64,000 nt of DNA from Candidatus Latescibacterota bacterium (GTDB taxonomy: Bacteria; Latescibacterota; UBA2968; GCA-2709665): positions 2,240,001 to 2,304,000 of the forward strand of contig OZ242358.1 in NCBI GenBank assembly GCA_965208835.1. Direction: 5' to 3'. Made by a program: the position numbers and the translations under genes. This document shows positions 9,669-18,557 of the stretch, one piece after another. The notes under the pieces are model-generated. The model made no database searches, had not been told where the DNA came from, and saw only the letters and a list, made by a program, of their open reading frames with translations. Position 1 is the stretch's first letter. Each line of letters begins with the position of its first letter.

Positions 9669-10352
9669 TCATGTTGGGGCCGAAGGCCAGTCAAAACCGT
9701 AGCCGACTCCTCTAACCGTGGAAATCGCGCCGTTAAAGCCGGCCAGTTTTGTTCTAAGCCTCGCAACGTGTACGTCGACGGTACGCATGCCGCCGTGATA
9801 GTCGTACCCCCAGATGCGGTCGAGCAGATCCGAACGGGTAAAGACGCGACCCCTGTGGACGACCAGATACTTCAGCAGTTCGTACTCTTTCAGCGTGAGG
9901 TCGACGAGGACGTCGTTGACGCGGACCTCGTAGCGCACCAGATTGATGGCAAGTTCGTCCAGTCGGATAACGTCCCTTCGTTCCGCGCGCCCGAGGATCA
10001 GTCGCAGGCGAGATTCCAGCTGCCCGAGGGAGTACGGCTGCGTGATGAAGTCCGTGATTCCGGCTGAGAAGTCGATATCCGCGACGCGGGCCTCGTCGGT
10101 AATCAACAGTACCGGCGTGTTACGGGAAGCGGGAGGCCGCAGCAGGCGCTGAACACGGTTGGGCAGGTGGCCGGGGAACGTGTCGTCCACGACGAGGAGA
10201 TCGGTCGGATTGCCCGGCAGGCTGCCGGTATCGGGCAATGCGACGCGATCCTGGTTCCAGGCCAGGCGTGAAACGGAATGACCGATCGACTCCAGGTCTG
10301 ACTTCAGGCGTATGCCTTCTGTTTCGCTGGCAAGAAGCAGGATGCGGGACAT
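9669..10352 (-). CDS. orphan OmpR-family response regulator with atypical receiver, GlnR-like
   Basis: Winged helix LTLKEYELLKYL...IWGYDYHGGMRTVDVHVARLRTKL; degenerate receiver; no adjacent kinase. Confidence 0.88.
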   Translation of the reverse strand: MSRILLLASETEGIRLKSDLESIGHSVSRLAWNQDRVALPDTGSLPGNPTDLLVVDDTFPGHLPNRVQRLLRPPASRNTPVLLITDEARVADIDFSAGITDFITQPYSLGQLESRLRLILGRAERRDVIRLDELAINLVRYEVRVNDVLVDLTLKEYELLKYLVVHRGRVFTRSDLLDRIWGYDYHGGMRTVDVHVARLRTKLAGFNGAISTVRGVGYGFDWPSAPT

Positions 10353-10640
10353 AGAATGGGCGCGGCGTCTTGCCGCGGATATGCGGCGGAAATCGCTCCC
10401 GACGGCGATTTGTCAGGTCTGACTCGTCCGGCCGGAACAGTGGCTTGCAACCGGAAGGCGGAAATTACAGCGTGCCGTTCAATTCTGTCAAGGGATATCT
10501 AAGTGCGGCAAAACCCCGGTATCACCGGCCTTTCGGGACCAAATGCCGGTCGGTCGGGCATTGTTGCGGTTTGCCGGATGCCATATACAAACCGAAAGAA
10601 GGCCGAAATGCACAGCAGGCTCGGCCCTCTCACGGGTACA

Positions 10641-10669
10641 AATATAGCAAAATCCAGATACGAAGTCAA
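10641..10669 (-). promoter_or_regulatory. sigma70-type promoter (leftward)
   Basis: Minus strand TTGACT-17 nt-TATATT. Confidence 0.65.
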
Positions 10670-10702
10670 TAAATTTAAATCCTTTAAAAACATAATATTA
10701 TA

Positions 10703-10731
10703 TTGACTTTATCGTTACCGTTTCGTATTTT
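10703..10731 (+). promoter_or_regulatory. sigma70-type promoter with AT-rich UP-like region
   Basis: TTGACT-17 nt-TATTTT, preceded by AT-rich 10670-10702. Confidence 0.65.
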
Positions 10732-10818
10732 TTCTCTTTGAATGGCTCGTTCTTCACACTGACCCTCCTGTTCCAGCGGCTGATGGAGTGGCCTTTCCGT
10801 GTTCACGGGGAGGATTCA

Positions 10819-11844
10819 ATGGATCAGAAACCGGACAGTCACAGGCGGGAGAACTGTGCGGTCTGTGGTGCGAAGATTCCCACGGAACGCAGGACTGAAA
10901 TGCCCACTGCGACGACGTGCCTGCAGTGTCAACAGCGGCGGGAATCGCGGGAAGGGCCGGACGATGATCGTGACGAAGCTCGAAGCGGCGCAACTGGCGC
11001 GCCTGAACCCGCCGCGCGGGATTCGGTGGAGGTACGGGGAAATCTGGTGTTGGCGGGGGAATGGTCAGGAAATCTGGTCGACCTGCTCGCACGCGAAAGG
11101 GAGGTGAGGCGGCTTCTGGAGACGGGTGACTCCAGGAGGGCTCGAACGCTGGTACAGGCGCTTCCCGTGGAGGAGCAGGCGGCACTGGTGGCGATGAGCG
11201 ATGAGCCGGAGGAGATGCTCTCAATAACCGGTGCAGACAGTCTCGGGGTTCCCGGCTACAGCCCGGAGGTTGTGGACCTGCTGCCGGCCGAGACGCTGGG
11301 AAGTCTGATTTCAATCAATCCCGATGAACGAAAGTTCAATACAGCACTGATCCGGGCGATGTCCCCCGATGTCCTGCGTAGCACGATGGCCGAGACGCTG
11401 GACCGGGTAGACAATCCCGGATTGCGCACGCAGGTGTCCTGGGAGTGGCTGCAGGCCCTTGCGACGCTGGGTGAACCCGATCGCCGCGCTGAGCTGTTGC
11501 GCGCCGTGGACCCTGCACATCTGGAAGACGCGCTGCTGGACCGGTTGGAACATCTGAAGTTGAATGAGGTCGTCGGATTTCCCGGCTTTCAGGTCTACCG
11601 GTTTCGGCTCTTTTCCACGGAGGGTCCCGGCGGGACCCGTCCCAGCGCGTTTGTAGACGACCCGGAGACCGGAATCGTACTCGACGCCCTCTATGAAGCC
11701 GCGCCGGCCGTGCTGTCAAACGCGATTCGCGGAGCGTGGGAGCGGTCCGCCGGCGAAGATGAAGAAGAGAACACGGGGCCAACGACGGAGCCCAAAGAGG
11801 CAGACATTGTGGAGCAGTCGAATGAACCTTCCGACAGGCGTTGA
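10819..11844 (+). CDS. DksA/TraR-type C4 zinc finger fused to an uncharacterised helical domain
   Basis: CAVCGAKIPTERRTEMPTATTCLQCQ near the N-terminus; SD GGGGAGG. Confidence 0.75.
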   Translation: MDQKPDSHRRENCAVCGAKIPTERRTEMPTATTCLQCQQRRESREGPDDDRDEARSGATGAPEPAARDSVEVRGNLVLAGEWSGNLVDLLAREREVRRLLETGDSRRARTLVQALPVEEQAALVAMSDEPEEMLSITGADSLGVPGYSPEVVDLLPAETLGSLISINPDERKFNTALIRAMSPDVLRSTMAETLDRVDNPGLRTQVSWEWLQALATLGEPDRRAELLRAVDPAHLEDALLDRLEHLKLNEVVGFPGFQVYRFRLFSTEGPGGTRPSAFVDDPETGIVLDALYEAAPAVLSNAIRGAWERSAGEDEEENTGPTTEPKEADIVEQSNEPSDRR

Positions 11845-12724
11845 TCTCGATAGACTCAGGGTGGAATCGGAGGGATTCCTGGGACAGGCCATCGCCCTTG
11901 GGATCAGGTACGGGAAACTGTCCGAACATACCCCTGACGTCCTGATGGCCTATTTGCGTACCGCGGGGATGAGATTCGGCCGGCGGTACCGGACCGGGAT
12001 CGCCGTATCGCGGGATGTACTGGAGCAGGGGGTGGGCAAGACGCTGGTCAGTCTTGAACTGGGCCTGACAATTGTCTCGGAGCAGGATCTCAACCGGGGT
12101 GTGGACCTGCTTGCCGAAGGCGATTACGAAAAAATCCGAAAAAGGGGCTGGGAGGAAGCATACGCGCGTCTGGAAGAGATGGGCCGCGTATGCCGCTCGA
12201 TCCCAGGAAGGCCGGAGTCGTGTCTGTTGAGGGACTATGCCTCGCAGTTCGATCGCTGGTCCCGCGTGGTCCCGGAGACCTGGATGGTTTCGGGAGCGGA
12301 GGACGAAGACGCGGACCACGTGGACCCGTTGCGGGATTACGCCAGGTTTCGGGAACTGGATGCCCGCCTGAACTTCATCCGGCTCATTCCATCGTCCACC
12401 TTGCATCCCTTTGCCGAGGCCGTGAACGAGTGCCGTTTCAGCGATTTCGTTCGACATCTGATACTGGCGCTGGCCCTGGACCTCGAGACGCTGGTCCCCT
12501 CCTCACGTGAGGTTTCAGTCTTCGAAACCGACTGTCTCGGCCAGGAAGGCGTGGCGGCCTGGGCGCACGACAAGGTGACGACAAAAGCGAATGAGATGAC
12601 GCGCAAGGCGGTCGATGATTCGCACCGGCGGATGCTGTTAATGCAGGATGTGGAAGACGAGATGGCCTGCCTGGCGGGACTCCCGGCGGATTCGCTTGCG
12701 GACGCATTCGTGACTGAATCCTGA
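11822..12724 (+). CDS. hypothetical helical protein (possibly DUF6179-like)
   Basis: 300-aa ORF overlapping the upstream gene by 23 nt; family assignment tentative. Confidence 0.6.
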   Translation: MNLPTGVDLDRLRVESEGFLGQAIALGIRYGKLSEHTPDVLMAYLRTAGMRFGRRYRTGIAVSRDVLEQGVGKTLVSLELGLTIVSEQDLNRGVDLLAEGDYEKIRKRGWEEAYARLEEMGRVCRSIPGRPESCLLRDYASQFDRWSRVVPETWMVSGAEDEDADHVDPLRDYARFRELDARLNFIRLIPSSTLHPFAEAVNECRFSDFVRHLILALALDLETLVPSSREVSVFETDCLGQEGVAAWAHDKVTTKANEMTRKAVDDSHRRMLLMQDVEDEMACLAGLPADSLADAFVTES

Positions 12725-12765
12725 TCCGGTTCGGATGGGAAAGTACATTGAAATCTGCAAACGAC

Positions 12766-14265
12766 TCAGGATACCGATTTTCCGAAATGCCTGGCAAAGT
12801 CCAGGAAATCGGAGAAACCGATCTCTCCGTCCTGATTGAGATCAAACCTCGAATCGAAGTCGACCGCGCCATCGTAACGGCCGAAATGCAGCGCGAATAG
12901 AAGGAAATCGGCGAAATCCACCTGACCGCTGGCGTCGAAATCGACTCTGACGATCGCCACCTGTTCCCATGTGCGCATTCTGCCCATGAACGCGAGAATC
13001 GCATTGGAGTCGACCAATTCGTCGCATTCCAGTATCAGCACGTCCCTCCCGTCCTGCGATACGACAATCGATCCGGCATTGGTCGGATATTTGGATGTAA
13101 GCAGCTCGCGATAGGCATCCGCAAAGTCGTCCGCGTCGTCTTCCGTATCCCAACTCGTGTAGAGCAGCAGCAACAGGTCCCGACCGCCCCGCGACTGAAA
13201 GACCGCGTACCGGTCGCCGTTCCATCCTTCCGCCGCCGATTCACCACGAACGTCCATATCAAAGACGGCGAAGATGATCCGCCACGTCATTTCTCCGATC
13301 GTATCCACGTCCAGTAACTTCCAGTCGTCGAATAGACCCGCTTTCTCAAATGGCGGCCAGGTAAACCGGTCCGGTTCTTCCCGCTCAATCCATTTCCGCG
13401 GATGCAGGATCTGCTCGGTTGAAACGGGTGGCTCAAAGTAAAGCCGATTGACGGCGCTCCATCCGTCCCTCTGAATCTCGTGGATAAAATTCATGCCGTA
13501 GGCATAGATGCCGGCCTGCTGTAACAACATAAAGTCAGGGAGTCTGTCGATTGTCTGAAGGGCTTGCGGCGAACTGCCCTGCAATCGTGCAAGATCCTTC
13601 ATCCCATTCCGGACCGCCTCCGCGTCAAGCAGCAACTGATCGCGGATCAGGCTGCGCAGTAGCCCGCGACCCGGCATCCGTCCAAACCGGTTATACAGAT
13701 ACCAGATGGTCTCGACGTACGTCGCGTCGCCTTCCCCGACCGACTGACGCGCGAGCTGTTCGTCGGTATTCAACGAATCGGCTCGCGCCGGCAGGTACCT
13801 GTTGAGGTCGAAGTGCTGGTCCTGCAGACCGTGGCAGAGTTCGTGGGCGAGAACCGCGTCCAGCAGTCCCGCGGGAAGGTTCTCTTTGAGGACGTAGAAT
13901 CTGTCTGTTTCCGGATCGTAATATGCCAACGCGCCAGCTTGCAGGAAGGTGATTACCAGAGAGCGATCAAGGACGGACTCTCCGCTGTACAGTCCCAGCC
14001 TTCGAATCACCGGATCGTAATGCGCCCACTCCGCGGCGGTATATTGCTGATCCATCTGGCGTTCCACGTACGCCCGGAATTCCGATGGACTCTGCACCGC
14101 GACGTCGATGGACCACTTGAACGACAGTTCGCGGACCTGTGCGATCTCGTCCTCGATCTGCAGGGCTCTGCGCCTGAGCTGAGCCAGGTCCTGGCCCCCA
14201 GCGGGGCCTTCCGTGAGGGTGACTGCGAATGAAACGAATGCCGCCAGAAATCGAAGAATTCTCAT
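12766..14265 (-). CDS. secreted zincin-like metallopeptidase with C-terminal dockerin/EF-hand module
   Basis: Signal peptide; YYDP, AHELCHGLQDQHF, EGDA, PPVSTEQILHP; DFDASGQVDFADF and DLNQDGEIGFSDF. Confidence 0.8.
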   Translation of the reverse strand: MRILRFLAAFVSFAVTLTEGPAGGQDLAQLRRRALQIEDEIAQVRELSFKWSIDVAVQSPSEFRAYVERQMDQQYTAAEWAHYDPVIRRLGLYSGESVLDRSLVITFLQAGALAYYDPETDRFYVLKENLPAGLLDAVLAHELCHGLQDQHFDLNRYLPARADSLNTDEQLARQSVGEGDATYVETIWYLYNRFGRMPGRGLLRSLIRDQLLLDAEAVRNGMKDLARLQGSSPQALQTIDRLPDFMLLQQAGIYAYGMNFIHEIQRDGWSAVNRLYFEPPVSTEQILHPRKWIEREEPDRFTWPPFEKAGLFDDWKLLDVDTIGEMTWRIIFAVFDMDVRGESAAEGWNGDRYAVFQSRGGRDLLLLLYTSWDTEDDADDFADAYRELLTSKYPTNAGSIVVSQDGRDVLILECDELVDSNAILAFMGRMRTWEQVAIVRVDFDASGQVDFADFLLFALHFGRYDGAVDFDSRFDLNQDGEIGFSDFLDFARHFGKSVS

Positions 14266-14278
14266 ACGGACAGGACTT

Positions 14279-14689
14279 TCAGGTCCCGGACTCTTTCTCG
14301 GCGGCGCGGTGGCGGGATTCCCGTCCCTGCTCGGGGGTGGGATCTTTGACGAGGCCGTAGGACTCGCGCCCTTCGTGCCCTTCCGGCAGGTATTCGGTGA
14401 CCGGAAGACCTTCGGGTGTGACAAAAAGCAGACAATGGCAATATTTGTAGATCTTCATCTCGTCGCACGCGCAGATCCATTCCCTGCTGCGTTCGAGTTC
14501 CGCTTTCTTGTCGGGATAGAAGTTGCAGGGACATAATGGGCGACCGAGTTCGTCGACGTGGGCCGCCAGGCCGTTGACAACGGCTTCCGTGATGCCCCGG
14601 TCCGGATGACCGGTCGTACCGGTTTTCTCGCAATATTTCTCGAAGTAGACCCACATACGCTTCAGGCTTTTTTCCGACGGCTGGTCCAT
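14279..14689 (-). CDS. ferredoxin:thioredoxin reductase catalytic subunit-like
   Basis: CPC, CAC and CHC motifs followed by LLF. Confidence 0.88.
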   Translation of the reverse strand: MDQPSEKSLKRMWVYFEKYCEKTGTTGHPDRGITEAVVNGLAAHVDELGRPLCPCNFYPDKKAELERSREWICACDEMKIYKYCHCLLFVTPEGLPVTEYLPEGHEGRESYGLVKDPTPEQGRESRHRAAEKESGT

Positions 14690-14740
14690 TGGCGGTCTCC
14701 GGGGTATAGGGGGTTGTGTGTATGATGGAAAAAGGAAAGC

Positions 14741-15556
14741 CTAACGGAGACCGTTAAGGTAGTCCATGGACTTCCTGAGTTCAGCTTTCGGGTCGTTTCC
14801 CGGCGGGATGGCGCATTCAAAGCCGCTGAAGTACTCGTAACCGATATCGTCCAGAGCCTGGAGTGCAGGTCTGAAGTCGGTATGTCCGTAGCCCGGTAGG
14901 ACCCGGTTGCTGTCGGCCAGATGCACGTTCGTGATCCGTTCTCCGCAGTTGCGGATCGCATCTGCCATATCGGACTCTTCAATGCTCATGTGAAAGAAGT
15001 CCGCCATAAGAGTGACTCCCGGACTGTCGACCGCATTGCAGATATCAAGCCCGTCCGCGAGCGTACACGGCCACCACTGTTCGTACCGGTTGAGCGGTTC
15101 GATGATGACGCTGCATCCGCAGGCTTCGGCGTGCGGACCGATATCGAGCTTCAGGATTTCGGTGAGCAGCCTCGATTCCAGGTGCGCGGTGGTCGCAAGA
15201 GGAGACAGGTCCGGAATACGGTGGCCCTGTTGCAGTTTAATGGCGATCAACGGAGGGAATATGACCCCGACGCCGCCCAGGTCGCCGCAAAGTGAGAGCG
15301 CGTCCTTGAGGTCTTGCGATGCCCTCCTGCGTTCCTCGCGTCTGGCATCCAGGAGACCCATTGAACCCCGTATTGAAAATATATTGGGGGTGACGCCGGT
15401 TTCAGCGGACGCCTTGCGGATCTCGCCGGCGTGTGCCACTGAACTGCTGGCGGTGATTTCGATGCCTTCGATGCCGATTTCCGCAAGGTTGCGGAATTTT
15501 TCCAGGATGGTGTTTCCGGGTGCCATATTTTCGCGTATGGAGTATTTAAGCGGCAT
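14741..15556 (-). CDS. sugar phosphate isomerase/epimerase
   Basis: EPLNRYE, ADFFHMSIEE, HLADSNR, PGYGHTDF. Confidence 0.9.
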   Translation of the reverse strand: MPLKYSIRENMAPGNTILEKFRNLAEIGIEGIEITASSSVAHAGEIRKASAETGVTPNIFSIRGSMGLLDARREERRRASQDLKDALSLCGDLGGVGVIFPPLIAIKLQQGHRIPDLSPLATTAHLESRLLTEILKLDIGPHAEACGCSVIIEPLNRYEQWWPCTLADGLDICNAVDSPGVTLMADFFHMSIEESDMADAIRNCGERITNVHLADSNRVLPGYGHTDFRPALQALDDIGYEYFSGFECAIPPGNDPKAELRKSMDYLNGLR

Positions 15557-15651
15557 ATCGGGATTCCTGTCTGCGGGTGGAGGGCCTGCCGATCGACGGT
15601 CGTCCGCGGGTAACAGATCATTGTTGTTGACCGCATGGACGCGCACCGCGC

Positions 15652-15680
15652 AATATAGGTTCCGTCATGTGGCGTGTCAA
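15652..15680 (-). promoter_or_regulatory. sigma70-type promoter
   Basis: Minus strand TTGACA-17 nt-TATATT. Confidence 0.7.
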
Positions 15681-15750
15681 GTTGAGCACCGGCCTTTAGT
15701 GCGGGTCGGAACGACACGGCCGCGACGCGGGACTGGAGGGCGACGACGCA

Positions 15751-18309
15751 TTATTCCGAGATCGCGAGTGTCAATCTGGCGCTTTGAATCCTTTCGAGCC
15801 GGAACGGCCGCTCGCCCTTGCGGAGCCTGCAGAAGCCATAAAGCACGCCATTATCCACAAGAATCGGCTCAATTGAGCGGCATGATTTCCTGGCGCTGCG
15901 TTCGGCGATGTAGTTGATCTCGAGGCAGAGACGATGGTCAATGGCGTATTCAATGAGCCGGCTGATGTCACCCTCGCCGGCGGCCGGGTTGGCGCCCTTG
16001 TACTGCGAGAGCGCCTGGATGCCGTCGCGCGACGGTCTGCCTCTGATCAGCGATTCAAAAGACTGGCAACAGTCGTTCAAGGCGCCTTGAATCTCGCTAT
16101 CCGGGATGCTCCGGAGGCTCCTGCGGATCCGTTTCAGCAATCGTTTCAGGTCCTCCGGCAGGGGAACCGAACGAGCGGCGAAAGACTGAACGGCGTTTTC
16201 CAGGAATCCTGCCAGCTGCAGCAGCTCCGAACGCTTCAGCGTTATAGTGTGCTGTTCATCGTCTGCCGTTCCACTGGCGACGTTCGGCATATAGCCTCGC
16301 CGGTTCAGGGCATCCACAAGTTCCTCGATGCGCGTCGACGGATTGAGTGCGGCCGTCGTCGGGGAAAGTCGAACGCCAAGATGGGATGCGACCTTCTTTT
16401 GTACAAGGAGCTCGTCCAGCAGTTCAGGTCGTTCGCTGACCAGATAGCCGGCCGCCGGTGCGATTTCAATTTCGCCGTGCTTGTTTTCGCACTCCTGGAT
16501 CAGGGCCTCCACCATCTCAGGCAATCCGGTGGCACTGTGAGTCCGCAGAAATGACCGGAGCGAAGCGCCATCCCATCCCCTGCTCATCGCCTGGTGGACA
16601 GTCTGGGGTGAAACCCTGAATCTTGCAAGTACGTCGACCTCCTTGAGTTCCGCGATGGAAAAAAGCTGCATGTACAGAGCAGAGGACAGATCCGGCGGCG
16701 AGAGGATTTCCAGGTTTGGTTGCACGATGAACCGTCCGTTGCTCCGGGACTCCGTTTCCCCGTTGGAATTTGAACTCACGGGCTCCCGTCCGTCAAGGAG
16801 GGCCGCGCCGGGTTCGGTGAGTTTGAAGACGCCGCGGTGGTCCGGCGTGAGGGGTTCGCCGAAAGCATCGGGATTCCCCAGGACGACCAGCCCCATCCAC
16901 GTCAGCGCGGAAACGAGGATGCGTCGGAGCAGTTCGTCGCCGCCCCCGCCGACCGGGTCCCGTGAAGCCGGTGGGCGACCGTCGAGGCGGGCGAAGGATT
17001 CGGACTTGCGGGACAGCAGCGCATAAAAACGCGGATAGGATATCCAGCTGTCCTCGGGACAGCCGGCAAGACAGTCCAACAGGTCGCGGCGAAGTGCTCT
17101 GAGCGTTTCGGTCCTGTTGCGTATCCGCGTGCCGGAGCGTTCCGTGGTCCACTCATTCCAGCGGTCGGTCTCACGCCAGACTGTAAACAGCGCGTTCCGG
17201 ACGCCGAACGCACTTGAGAGCCGGTCGGCCGCGTCACCGACGAGACGCCACGCACCGGCATCGCGCTGGATGAATCCTGCCGTTTCTGCAAACAGGAGCA
17301 GGAATTCGGAATAACCCGGATCTATATGGCCCCTGTAGTATTTGCTCACGTCCCGGAGGCGCGCCCTGGAAACGCCTCCGTGTTTCAGTACACGCGGCCG
17401 TCGCTGCTCGACAAAGCCCAGAAGTGTGCACAGATTGGGTACCAGGAAGGACGTCTGCTCCCGGGTCAGCGAGGGGCCCGGCCCGGCGCTCACCACGGTT
17501 TCCTCGAACGTATCCTCGATCCGGTCGCCCAGTGCCCGAATTGCGGGTTTCAGGTCGGAGGCCAGATGCAGGTGTGTATCGGCCAGAAGTCGATCCGTCG
17601 AATGGAAAAACAGGGGTGTCTTCCAGACCATCTCTTCGAGCGCGCGAAGCCCGTCCTCACCCATGGCACTCACGACTTCGTGCTGTGTGATGGCATCGTT
17701 AGCCAGAGCAAGATCGAGAATGGCTTGTTTCGCTTCCGGCAGGTCGGCAATGTAGGCCTTCAGATGCTCAGGGTCCAGCAACCGGACGCGGATAGCGCGC
17801 GCAACAAATGCGCGTTGGGAATCATCGTTCTGACAGCCCACTTCGCTCGCGAATGCGCGAAGCAGCCCAATGGACCGAGACTGCATCAGGCGGCGGAGCC
17901 GTCCCTGATCCCGGTCCGGAAGGGGAATGGCCTTAAGGATCGGTTCCGGAATACCCACGAGACACTCGCCCGTCCCGAGAGTTTCGGCATCTTCGAAGAC
18001 CAGACCAAGTTCGGAGACCTTGTCCTGCATGGTCTGGAAGCGATGGGTGAATCCCGCGCCCAACTCGGGTATGGCGTCTTCCTTGAGGAGCTCGCCGCCC
18101 TCTGCGGCGAGATTGACGACATACTCCCGATGTTGAGGCTGAAGCGCGTTCAGTCGTTTAAGGACCAACGACGGGTTGGACAGGTGGCGGCACAACATGT
18201 CGATCTGTGCCGTCTTGTTTGCGCCGGTGTGGATCGGCAGGTCGGTTGCAGCGGCGATCCGGTGGAGCCGGTCGGTGGGCTGAAGGCTGAGTACGGCTCG
18301 CAACTTCAT
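15751..18309 (-). CDS. helicase-associated (XPB-binding, Helicase_C_3-like) domain protein with C-terminal WYL domain
   Basis: IVQPNLEIL...FRVSPQTVHQAMSRG...FLRTHSATGLP; WYL segment IEP...LYGFCRLRKGERPFRLERI. Confidence 0.85.
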   Translation of the reverse strand: MKLRAVLSLQPTDRLHRIAAATDLPIHTGANKTAQIDMLCRHLSNPSLVLKRLNALQPQHREYVVNLAAEGGELLKEDAIPELGAGFTHRFQTMQDKVSELGLVFEDAETLGTGECLVGIPEPILKAIPLPDRDQGRLRRLMQSRSIGLLRAFASEVGCQNDDSQRAFVARAIRVRLLDPEHLKAYIADLPEAKQAILDLALANDAITQHEVVSAMGEDGLRALEEMVWKTPLFFHSTDRLLADTHLHLASDLKPAIRALGDRIEDTFEETVVSAGPGPSLTREQTSFLVPNLCTLLGFVEQRRPRVLKHGGVSRARLRDVSKYYRGHIDPGYSEFLLLFAETAGFIQRDAGAWRLVGDAADRLSSAFGVRNALFTVWRETDRWNEWTTERSGTRIRNRTETLRALRRDLLDCLAGCPEDSWISYPRFYALLSRKSESFARLDGRPPASRDPVGGGGDELLRRILVSALTWMGLVVLGNPDAFGEPLTPDHRGVFKLTEPGAALLDGREPVSSNSNGETESRSNGRFIVQPNLEILSPPDLSSALYMQLFSIAELKEVDVLARFRVSPQTVHQAMSRGWDGASLRSFLRTHSATGLPEMVEALIQECENKHGEIEIAPAAGYLVSERPELLDELLVQKKVASHLGVRLSPTTAALNPSTRIEELVDALNRRGYMPNVASGTADDEQHTITLKRSELLQLAGFLENAVQSFAARSVPLPEDLKRLLKRIRRSLRSIPDSEIQGALNDCCQSFESLIRGRPSRDGIQALSQYKGANPAAGEGDISRLIEYAIDHRLCLEINYIAERSARKSCRSIEPILVDNGVLYGFCRLRKGERPFRLERIQSARLTLAISE

Positions 18310-18354
18310 AGACCATCCCTGAGTTCTGCGTTTTGGTGTACGGAATCGATCGCA

Positions 18355-18384
18355 AAAACGAAAAAACCGACTCCCCAGGTCGGT
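18355..18384 (-). terminator. intrinsic terminator/attenuator in the leader of the WYL gene
   Basis: Minus strand ACCGAC-CTGGGGA-GTCGGT followed by TTTTTCGTTTTT. Confidence 0.6.
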
Positions 18385-18399
18385 AATGTCGTCCAAAGC

Positions 18400-18428
18400 A
18401 GTATAGAATAAACAACAGGCTGTGTCAA
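18400..18428 (-). promoter_or_regulatory. near-consensus sigma70 promoter of the WYL gene
   Basis: Minus strand TTGACA-17 nt-TATACT. Confidence 0.75.
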
Positions 18429-18557
18429 GCCGCAATACCCGCTTCCTGTCCGTTGAGAAAGAACGGGATTTCGTACGTTCAATCCGTATATTGCCGCCGT
18501 GTCTTCCGCCATCCCGAACGGAGTCCTGCGAGTGTCCAATTTTACTACAGAGGTCCG

